From: an uncultured Planctomycetaceae bacterium
GTDB lineage: Bacteria > Planctomycetota > Planctomycetia > Pirellulales > Lacipirellulaceae
Reading direction: 5' to 3'
Assembly: GCA_964353155.1 (NCBI GenBank)
Contig: CAYGUP010000012.1
Span: forward strand, 4,828-68,827
Length of the DNA stretch: 64,000 bases
Shown here in pieces: positions 54,860 through 64,000 of the stretch. The position numbers and the translations under genes were made by a program. Under the pieces are notes generated by a model. The model was not told the origin of the DNA and ran no database searches. It saw only the letters and a program-made list of their open reading frames with translations. Positions within the stretch are counted from its first letter, which is position 1. Each line of letters begins with the position of its first letter.

Positions 54860-54965
54860 GGGGAGCAGACAGGAGCTAGGGGGAAGGGGTTAGGGCTATG
54901 GCGTGGAGCCGATGACTGGGGTCGCGTCTTCCGCACCCCCGGGCTCCTCACCTCTCACCCCTCCA

Positions 54966-56081
54966 CTAGTGAATCAGGTACAGCAGCGGGAACAGGTAGA
55001 TCCAAACCAAGTCGACCAAGTGCCAGTACAGGCCGACGTTCTCGACCGGCAAGAAGTACTCGGTATCGAATTGGTTGCCGGCCGCCTTGGCGATCACCCA
55101 GGTGATCGCGATCATCCCGGCCAGGATGTGGACGGCGTGGACGCCGGTCATCACAAAGTAGATGCCGAAGAAGTTCGGCCCGCCGAAGCGTTTGCGTTCT
55201 TCGAGCGTCGGGCCGGCCGGCTCTTCGGCGTCCGCTCCTTCGCCCTCGGCGGCATCGCCTTCGGCAGCGGCTTCTGGATGGGCACTGGCTTCACCTTGCT
55301 CCTCAGAATCGTGCTCTTCGGCATGGTCGCCCGCGTGGCCGTGGGCCGCGTGGTCGTCGCCGTGTTGGGCGTGCTGCATGGCGACCAACTCGGCGTGGGT
55401 CGGCATCACACACTTGGCCACGACGATCCCGAGGCCAAACGCCAGCACGCTGACGCCCAGCGACATCGTCACCCAGCCCTTCACCGCCTTGCTGGTCGAC
55501 CAGAGGGCCCCGAGGGCGGTGATCAGAACGCCTGCCACCAACGATGCGACCGTGATCCCGAACATATAACCGCTGAAGTAGCCGCCTTCGGCCGCGTGGG
55601 CCCCTTCGGTGAACGTGTAGAAGTCACCGGCGCCGATGCCCTCGTCCCACTTGTGGGTGTACTCGATCGCTTTGACGCCCATGAACAACGCGGCACAGCC
55701 GAGCGTGAACAGGTGCGTGCTGAGGATCGTGGCGCGGTCGCCCCGCATGGCGGCCCGCACGCCCCACGCGATCGCGAGGCTGCTCGCGAGCAGCACGACC
55801 GTGTTGAACGCCCCGAGCGTGGTGTTCAGGTGGTGGTGCGCGTTGACGAACACCTCCGGGTTGTGCCAGCGGTACACGGTGTACGCGGCGAACAGCCCCG
55901 AGAAGAACAGCACCTCCTGCGCCAGGAACAGCCACATGCCGAGCTTGCCGGCCTCGAACTGCTGGTCCATGTCCTCGAAGAAGTGTTCGAGGGCCGGGTG
56001 GCGATTTTCGTCGTGCCCGTGACCGTGGTCCGCGGCGTGCGGTTCGGATTCTGGGGATTCTACAGTGGCGGCGTCGGCCAT
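54966..56081 (-). CDS. ctaE: Cytochrome c oxidase subunit III with large insertion
   Basis: [55 protein letters not shown]. Confidence 0.92.
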   Translation of the reverse strand: MADAATVESPESEPHAADHGHGHDENRHPALEHFFEDMDQQFEAGKLGMWLFLAQEVLFFSGLFAAYTVYRWHNPEVFVNAHHHLNTTLGAFNTVVLLASSLAIAWGVRAAMRGDRATILSTHLFTLGCAALFMGVKAIEYTHKWDEGIGAGDFYTFTEGAHAAEGGYFSGYMFGITVASLVAGVLITALGALWSTSKAVKGWVTMSLGVSVLAFGLGIVVAKCVMPTHAELVAMQHAQHGDDHAAHGHAGDHAEEHDSEEQGEASAHPEAAAEGDAAEGEGADAEEPAGPTLEERKRFGGPNFFGIYFVMTGVHAVHILAGMIAITWVIAKAAGNQFDTEYFLPVENVGLYWHLVDLVWIYLFPLLYLIH

Positions 56082-56107
56082 CGTTTTGTTCTTGAGCGAA
56101 GGAACTC

Positions 56108-56180
56108 ACCGCAGAGACACGGAGTTCGCCAAGGGGTTTGCTTGAAGCAATGCCCTCGCCGTGCTCCGCGTCTTCGCGGT
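56108..56180. repeat. 9-bp periodic intergenic hairpin
   Basis: accgcagagacacggagttcgccaaggg (56108-56135) / reverse complement of 56153-56180 accgcgaagacgcggagcacggcgaggg (21/28), with inner ttgct/agcaa pairing. Confidence 0.75.
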
Positions 56181-56195
56181 TAATTGGCTTTGGTA

Positions 56196-57977
<1,782 letters not shown>

Positions 57978-58040
57978 GGTCAGGCTTTAGGCTGGAGGCC
58001 GTAGGCTTGAGGACGGTTTGTATCGGGTCGCGTCGCCGCG

Positions 58041-59216
58041 TCAGGCAGCGTCGGCGGTTGTTTCTTCTTCGGCAAGTTCTTCTTCCGGGGCGTCCTCGGC
58101 ATCGGTGCCTTCCTCACCCTCTTCTTCCTGGCCGGGCACGCCGCCCGCCTCCTCCCAAGTCTCCGGCACTTCTTCGCCGTCCTTGAGGCTCCGGATGAAG
58201 TAGATCAACGCATCCAGCTCGGCATCCTTTAACTGGCCTTGGTAGCTGGGCATCACACCCTTGTAGCCGGCACGGATCTTCGCCATCGGGTTGAGGATCG
58301 ATTCGCGGATGTAGTTCGGATCGACCTCTACCTTGGCCCCGCCAACCATCTCTTGCTCGGTGCCGTAGGTGCCTTGCCAGGTGGGGCCGGTGCCGGACTT
58401 GCCGTCGATCGAGTGACACTGCTTGCAACCGCGTTGCAGCCACAGGTTGCGGCCCAGTTCGACCGGCGAACTGGCCGGGTCGATCTTGTTCGCCTCTTCC
58501 AGCCACGCCTCGAAGGTGCCCGACTCGTGGACGTACACCTTCGCATTCATCGACGAGTGGCCTTGGCCGCAGTACTCGGTGCAGAAGAGGTCATAACCCT
58601 TCTCATCCGAGCCGGTCAGCAAAGCCTCTTCGGCGGACAGGTTCGTGATGTCTTCGGCGGGGGTCGCTTCCTTGGCACTGAACCAAAGCGTGCTGTAGCG
58701 GCCCGGGACACAGTCCATCTTCACCCGGAACGCCGGAATGTAGAGGCTGTGGAGAACGTCATCCGATCGCATGATGAGCTTGACCGGCCGATCCTGCGGG
58801 ACGTGGAGATTTGGGCGGATGACACCGTTCGGGTACTCAAAGGCCCAGTTCCACTTCTTCGCCACGACGTTGATCTCGTAGGCGTTCTCCGGCGGGGTGC
58901 GGAGGTCGAGGTAGCCGATCACGCCGTACCAGAAGATGCCGACGACCAGGAATCCCGGGAAGATCGACCACGCCGCTTCGAGCGTGTTGTTGTGGTGGGG
59001 CGTGTGCTCCGCTTGGTGGCCGGGCCGTGCGTAGTAGCGGGCCACGAACAGCACCATCAACGCGACGATCAGCACGAAGAACACGACGCAGATCGCGAGA
59101 ATCCCGTAGTAGAGATTATCGACCGCGCCGGCCTCGGCGGTGCCCGCTTCACGGAACCAGAACCCCGCCAGCGGCAGCGTCAGATCGGCCAAGCTATTCG
59201 ATTGCAATGGGAACAT
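58041..59216 (-). CDS. ctaC: Cytochrome c oxidase subunit II with fused cytochrome c (caa3)
   Basis: DVLHSL, CTEYCGQGHSSM CuA motif; CKQCH heme c and distal Met in GVMP. Confidence 0.96.
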   Translation of the reverse strand: MFPLQSNSLADLTLPLAGFWFREAGTAEAGAVDNLYYGILAICVVFFVLIVALMVLFVARYYARPGHQAEHTPHHNNTLEAAWSIFPGFLVVGIFWYGVIGYLDLRTPPENAYEINVVAKKWNWAFEYPNGVIRPNLHVPQDRPVKLIMRSDDVLHSLYIPAFRVKMDCVPGRYSTLWFSAKEATPAEDITNLSAEEALLTGSDEKGYDLFCTEYCGQGHSSMNAKVYVHESGTFEAWLEEANKIDPASSPVELGRNLWLQRGCKQCHSIDGKSGTGPTWQGTYGTEQEMVGGAKVEVDPNYIRESILNPMAKIRAGYKGVMPSYQGQLKDAELDALIYFIRSLKDGEEVPETWEEAGGVPGQEEEGEEGTDAEDAPEEELAEEETTADAA

Positions 59217-59219
59217 ATC

Positions 59220-60137
59220 TTAAGCGACTTCGATGGGTTCCGGCTCGGCGGCGGTCGCCGCCTCGGCCGGTGGAGTTTCGTCGTTGGTTTCTTCGGACGC
59301 CGCGGCCGTGGCCTGCCGCCTGAGCCAATAGGGGATCAGCCCGACCGCCAGGGCGAAGACCGTCACGCCCGCGCCGAGGCTCATGATGCGCCTCGCGGTG
59401 GGGGCGTAGCGGCCCTTGGTCTCGTCGTAGTGGTAGCAGTACATGAAGAGGCTGTCGAACACCGTGCCGACCTTGCCGTCGGACGCCTCGACCAGCGAGA
59501 GCCGCACGGTCTGCTTGTCGTAGGCCACGCCTTGAAGGTATCGCGAAACCATGCCGCTCGGCGAGCAGACGATCTCCGTGGCGGTGTGCGAGTATTCCTT
59601 CGTGTCCGGGATGTACTTGTAGCGGAAGCCGACCGCGTCGGCGAGCTTCTTGATCGTCCGCTCGTTGCCGGTCAAGAAGCGGAAGCCGTTGGCCGCCCCG
59701 GCACGCCCGTATTGCTTGAGGTACTTCTGCTCGGTCTGCTTCGCCCGGGTGGTGGTCTCCAGCGGGTCGACGCTCACGCTGACCACGAGGTACTCCTGGC
59801 CGGCGGACCACTCCATCTCTTTGAGGGTGGTTACCAGACCGCTCAGTTGGAGCGTGCAGAGCATCGGGCAGTCGCTGTAGTTCAGCGAGAGAAGCACCGG
59901 GCGGCTGCCGTCGAAGACATCGGCCAGCGAGAGGGCTTGGCCGTTCTCATCGCGGAAGCGGAGATCGAGCGGGATCTGGTCGCCCGACTTGTCATCGACC
60001 CCAACGCCCTGCATGCCCTCGGGCAGGTCCTCGACCACCTGCGCCGGAGCAACCGTTGCGAACGACAACAGGATCCCCACAGCCACGGCGAGAATCGCCG
60101 GCCGAGAGGGGTCCGTCTTGCGTCCGAGGGGGGTCAC
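59220..60137 (-). CDS. SCO1/SenC copper chaperone
   Basis: YSDCPMLC (CxxxC), YSH, C-terminal TM; GTG start overlapping the upstream TAG. Confidence 0.9.
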   Translation of the reverse strand: MTPLGRKTDPSRPAILAVAVGILLSFATVAPAQVVEDLPEGMQGVGVDDKSGDQIPLDLRFRDENGQALSLADVFDGSRPVLLSLNYSDCPMLCTLQLSGLVTTLKEMEWSAGQEYLVVSVSVDPLETTTRAKQTEQKYLKQYGRAGAANGFRFLTGNERTIKKLADAVGFRYKYIPDTKEYSHTATEIVCSPSGMVSRYLQGVAYDKQTVRLSLVEASDGKVGTVFDSLFMYCYHYDETKGRYAPTARRIMSLGAGVTVFALAVGLIPYWLRRQATAAASEETNDETPPAEAATAAEPEPIEVA

Positions 60138-60484
60138 TACTCGCTGGCTTCCTGCTTCAGGTCGTTGAGGACGAGCTTCTTGGCTTCTTCGATCGGGATG
60201 ATGTACGGGTTGCCCTCCGCGGTGGGGGCCTCGTACTTGGCGAGCAGGCCTTGCTGGCGGAGCACCACCTCGTCCGAATCGACGTAGTTCGGCGCGACGA
60301 TCCGCTGCTCGTTGAAGTCTTGCTGCAATTGGAAGAAGAACGCCGCCGAGGCGAACATCAGGCCCAGCACCACGACACACGACACGAAGCCCCACATCAG
60401 CAGGGTCGGCGTATCGATGCCGTCGGGCTCGACGCCCGCTTCGGGGATCGGTTGTCCGGCGGGGATCTCGTGGTGACCGCTCAT
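60137..60484 (-). CDS. Small single-TM protein of the ACIII cluster (ActG-like position)
   Basis: One TM helix; lies between actF and sco; YIIPIEEAKKLV tail. Confidence 0.65.
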   Translation of the reverse strand: MSGHHEIPAGQPIPEAGVEPDGIDTPTLLMWGFVSCVVVLGLMFASAAFFFQLQQDFNEQRIVAPNYVDSDEVVLRQQGLLAKYEAPTAEGNPYIIPIEEAKKLVLNDLKQEASE

Positions 60485-60623
60485 CGCTTGGACTCGCTTC
60501 TTCGGCTTGTATTGAGAGTGCTAACCGGCGGGACGGGTCGGAATCAACTTCGGCTCGGTCGGGGGCGATCAGCCTAGCAGGTGCCGATCGCCGTAACCGC
60601 TTGTGAGTTCGGTGGTTGTGCCA

Positions 60624-61874
60624 TCAGTGATTGTGATAGCTGAGGGCGATCGGCAGGCGTGGGTCCTGCACCGGCAGCAGCCACTTGCCCGCCGCCCCGC
60701 TCATCCAGGCCCAAGCGAACACGCCGAGGGTCCCAACGGTGGCTCCGAGGCCCAGCAGCAGGGTCACGCCGACATTGGCCTCGGCCCGCACCTGCGGCAG
60801 GATCATGTAGGCCATATCGCACCAATGGATCAGCAGCATCCAGACGGCCCAGAACTTCATCGCCGTCGGGCTGCGTCGCACCGCACTCGACATGAAGCCG
60901 AGGAACGGGATGAACAGGTGGCCCAGGATCAAGAAGCCGGCTCCCCAGTACGGCCAGATGCCGTTCTGGCGGATATCGAACCAGAGGGTCTCCTCGGGAA
61001 TCGCCGCGTACCAGATCAGCAGGTACTGGCTGAACGCGATGTAGCCCCAGAAGACAACGAACGCGAACATCAGCTTCGCCAGGTCGTGGCGGTGCTCGAC
61101 CGTGATCGATTGGGTCAGCACGCCCCGCTCTTGCAGCTTGATCGCCAGCAGCAGGGTCATCGCCAAGAACGCACCGAACGAGCCGGCGAAGAGGTACACG
61201 CCGAACATCGTGCTGAACCAGTGCGGTTCGAGCGACATGATCCAATCGAACGCGGCGACATTCAGGCTGAGGGCGAAGATCGGCAGCATGGGACCGGCCC
61301 ACCACTGCATCGACTTGGCCCGCTTGAGCGGCTCGCTGCTGTCCTGGCGGACCGAGATGCCGAGCATCGTTTGGGCCATCCAGATCCAGAGGCCGAAACA
61401 GACAATCGCTCGGATGCTGAACCACATCGGTGAGAGGTAATCGGCTTTGCCGTCGAGGATATGGTCCTTGTAGACCATAGCGCGATCGCCCCACGGGTAG
61501 AGCGCGTCGCCGCCGCTGAGCACCCCAACCAAGATCGGCAGGAACAGCACGGCCGATATCTTGAGTGTGCCGGCGGTGATCTCGGCCAGCCGGCGGACCG
61601 TGGTCCCCCAGCGTCCGCCCGTGATGTGGTGGGCGAGCACGAAGAACAAGCCGCCGATGCCGAGCGAGGTCACGTACATCACGCCGAGCAAGTAGGCGTG
61701 GACGAACTGCTGCCACAGTGCCTCGTAGCCGGCGCCCTTGCCGATCGAGAAGCAGGCGAACGCCCCGACGCCGAGGATCGCCGCCCCCACCACGCCGGGC
61801 AGGAACGCGTAGCCGGCCAAGCCATGAGAGGCTTGGCGTGTTTCGGTGATGTCGGCGTTGACTAGGCTAGCCAT
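60624..61874 (-). CDS. actF: Alternative complex III subunit ActF
   Basis: About 10 TMs; HHITGGRWG, FDWIMSLEPHWFSTMFG, HDLAKLMFAF, SQYLLIWYA. Confidence 0.92.
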   Translation of the reverse strand: MASLVNADITETRQASHGLAGYAFLPGVVGAAILGVGAFACFSIGKGAGYEALWQQFVHAYLLGVMYVTSLGIGGLFFVLAHHITGGRWGTTVRRLAEITAGTLKISAVLFLPILVGVLSGGDALYPWGDRAMVYKDHILDGKADYLSPMWFSIRAIVCFGLWIWMAQTMLGISVRQDSSEPLKRAKSMQWWAGPMLPIFALSLNVAAFDWIMSLEPHWFSTMFGVYLFAGSFGAFLAMTLLLAIKLQERGVLTQSITVEHRHDLAKLMFAFVVFWGYIAFSQYLLIWYAAIPEETLWFDIRQNGIWPYWGAGFLILGHLFIPFLGFMSSAVRRSPTAMKFWAVWMLLIHWCDMAYMILPQVRAEANVGVTLLLGLGATVGTLGVFAWAWMSGAAGKWLLPVQDPRLPIALSYHNH

Positions 61875-61930
61875 CGAAAGTTTCTTCCGTTTCTATTTTC
61901 GCGAGGGCCATTCAAGGCCCGCTTGTTCGT

Positions 61931-63355
61931 TCAGTTACGATTAGCGATTTCACGCTTCTTGTCCGCCGGCAGGTCATCGACCGACGCGTTCTGCGAGCGT
62001 TGCAACGCCTGGATATAAAGCACGATCGCCCAACGATCTTCCGGCGAGATGTGCTCGCGGTAGCCCGGCATCTTGCGGCGTCCGTTGCTGATCGTGTCGA
62101 AGATCCGCCCGACCGGCTGCGTGGCGACCGCCTCGGTGTGGAGGTTGGTCGGCGGAGCCCAGCTCGCCCCGCTCACCTTCGACGCCCGCTGCGAGACCAA
62201 GCCATCGCCGTTGCCGGCCAAGCCGTGGCAAGCGGCGCAGTGGATGTTGTAGCGTTGCTCGCCTCGGTCGATGAACGTCTTGGTGATCTTCAGCGACTCG
62301 GGAAAGGTCTTCGTCCAGTTCTTCTCTTCTTCTTGGGCCGGCTCGGCGGCGGCTTCGCCCCCGTCGGCTGACTCTTCGGTGGCTTCTTCGGCCTCTTCCT
62401 CATCGGCGGCGAAGCGGGCCTTCACCTTGTCCGACTTGAACGAAGCAAAGTACAGGTCGCTCTCGCCAAACAGGCCAGCGAGGTTCGATTCGGGCTCGAC
62501 CCCTTGGTAGAACCGGAGGTCGTCCTTGCCGCTGCCGTAGGCAACCGTGCCCTCGATCGGCTGGCGGGCCGCCCGGCCATCGCCGAACAGGGTGCTGGTC
62601 GTTTGGGCCTTCGATTTGGCCTGCGACTCCATGTCCTTGAAGATCGAGATCCGCGGCACGCTCGACGTCGTCGAAGCGGTCATCCAGATATACAGCGGGA
62701 TCAGCAGAGCGACCGTCGCACCGGCGGCACCAAACAGGTGGATAAAACCGGGGACGCTATGGCCCTCGGTCACCTCGTCGACACCCTCCACGGCGGTCGC
62801 ACCGATCGAAGTCAGGTAAGCCTCGGTCTCAGCACCGGCGTACTTCGGATCGCTGGTTTCGACGAACAGGAAGAAGCCGTTGTCCGTGGCGGACGCGAAT
62901 CGCTCGCTACGGAACAGCGGGTTCGACAGCCGCGGCAGCTTGTTTAGGATCAGCATGCCGAAGAACGCCCCGAAGGCGCTCAGCAGGATGATCACCTCGA
63001 ACGTCACGGGGATGAACGCCGGGATGCTTGAGAAGCCGGGCTTCGCGCTGATCAGGAACTCGTAGCCCGAGAGCCACCAAGGGCCCTCGACGCCGTTCAT
63101 ATAGAGCTGCATCGCCAATGCTTTGACGCAGCCGGTCAGGCCGAGGCAGAGCACGATCCACGGCAGGATCGTCTTCTTCGCCTTGAGGGCCTCGTCGATG
63201 CCGATGACGGCAAACGGCGAGAACGCCTCGACCTTCGTGTAACCGTCGTCGGTCACCTTCTCGGCGGCGGCGATCAGCTCGTCCGGACCGTCGAATTGGG
63301 CGAGCACGCCCAAACGCTTCGGCTCGGTCACAGCGGTGTTGTGTGTATCGGACAT
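61931..63355 (-). CDS. Alternative complex III ActD-ActE fusion (DUF3341 plus monoheme cytochrome c)
   Basis: ActD part (EAFSPF, FIPVTFEVIILL, ATDNGFFL) followed in frame by DMESQAK and CAACH, with distal Met in KMPGY. Confidence 0.9.
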   Translation of the reverse strand: MSDTHNTAVTEPKRLGVLAQFDGPDELIAAAEKVTDDGYTKVEAFSPFAVIGIDEALKAKKTILPWIVLCLGLTGCVKALAMQLYMNGVEGPWWLSGYEFLISAKPGFSSIPAFIPVTFEVIILLSAFGAFFGMLILNKLPRLSNPLFRSERFASATDNGFFLFVETSDPKYAGAETEAYLTSIGATAVEGVDEVTEGHSVPGFIHLFGAAGATVALLIPLYIWMTASTTSSVPRISIFKDMESQAKSKAQTTSTLFGDGRAARQPIEGTVAYGSGKDDLRFYQGVEPESNLAGLFGESDLYFASFKSDKVKARFAADEEEAEEATEESADGGEAAAEPAQEEEKNWTKTFPESLKITKTFIDRGEQRYNIHCAACHGLAGNGDGLVSQRASKVSGASWAPPTNLHTEAVATQPVGRIFDTISNGRRKMPGYREHISPEDRWAIVLYIQALQRSQNASVDDLPADKKREIANRN

Positions 63356-63424
63356 GGCTTTTTGGCGGTCAGCTCGAGAGCTGGTTGATGCTTTTGACTC
63401 GTCGCTTAGAGACTTAGCGGTGGA

Positions 63425-64000
63425 TCAGTGACCCGCTTCGCCCGCTTTCAGGTGTGGGTTGCCATCGACATGGGCCATCACCTGCTTCACTTCGCTCATC
63501 GCCACGATCGGCAGGAAGCGGCAGAACAGCAGGAACAGTGTGAAGAACAGCCCGAAGCTGCCCACCAGCATGCCGAGGTCGATCCAGGTCGGCACGAACG
63601 ATTGCCAGCTGCCCGGCAGGAATGTCCGCTCCAATGAGAGGATGATCACGAACCGCTCGAACCACATCCCGATGTTTACGAAGATCGAGATCAGGAAGAT
63701 CACCCAGACCCGATCGCGGACCCACTTGAACCAAAACAATTGCGGGGAGACCACGTTGCACGTGAACATGATCCAGTACGCGTAAGCCGCCGGGCCGAAC
63801 GCCCGGTTCATGAACGCGAATGTCTCGTACGGGTTTTGGCCGTACCAAGCGATGAAGAACTCGGTCAGGTACGCGAAGCCGACCATCGAGCCGGTGGCGA
63901 TGATGATCTTGCACATGCAGTCGATGTGCCGCATGGTCACGATGTCTTTCAGGCCGTAGATCTCGCGGGCCGGGATCATCAGTGTCAGCACCATGCCGAA
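63425..64000 (-). CDS. actC: Alternative complex III subunit ActC (NrfD/PsrC family), 5'-truncated at window edge
   Basis: [34 protein letters not shown]. Confidence 0.93.
   Translation of the reverse strand, partial: FGMVLTLMIPAREIYGLKDIVTMRHIDCMCKIIIATGSMVGFAYLTEFFIAWYGQNPYETFAFMNRAFGPAAYAYWIMFTCNVVSPQLFWFKWVRDRVWVIFLISIFVNIGMWFERFVIILSLERTFLPGSWQSFVPTWIDLGMLVGSFGLFFTLFLLFCRFLPIVAMSEVKQVMAHVDGNPHLKAGEAGH

Overview
64-kb GC-rich bacterial chromosome segment. Gene content (four PEP-CTERM proteins with dockerin-like G-D-x-N/D-x-D-G repeats, a DUF1559-type prepilin, Tat-exported Gfo/Idh/MocA enzymes, an STK/ECF module, fused ActD-ActE) points to Planctomycetota, probably a Pirellulales/Lacipirellulaceae-like organism (inference). 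Left to right: an ECF sigma/RskA-like anti-sigma pair; a Tat TIM-barrel gene coupled to an Sfp-type PPTase; a co-oriented minus-strand run of a stand-alone fully reducing type I PKS (KS-AT-DH-ER-KR-ACP-TE), a Cys-rich protein, a DUF1559-type prepilin and two paralogous Met/His-motif PEP-CTERM proteins; mixed metabolic genes (Gfo/Idh/MocA, HGSNAT-like, SAM methyltransferase, UbiD, TlpA-TPR, phosphatase-fold/cytochrome c fusion, beta-CASP nuclease, LOG, GH18, GH29, RNase HII-like, SixA, SDR) interrupted by lower-GC accessory islets; a GDP-fucose surface-polysaccharide cluster (GT4, gmd, fcl, GME-like epimerase, wecA, wcaF); a coiled-coil/FHA/Ser-Thr kinase/membrane protein/ECF/anti-sigma module; and an alternative complex III plus A2-type caa3 oxidase cluster cut at the right edge. 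No rRNA, tRNA, CRISPR array, transposase or integrase was recognised. Best leads: the putative metal-binding surface cassette attached to the PKS, a 58-bp promoter-like element repeated in inverted orientation upstream of two accessory genes (28096-28153 and 35648-35705), an orphan six-copy 12-bp recombination-site-like array (38714-38847), an unannotated 33-aa membrane peptide, and several intergenic palindrome families. All family assignments come from motif recognition by eye; no database search was run.
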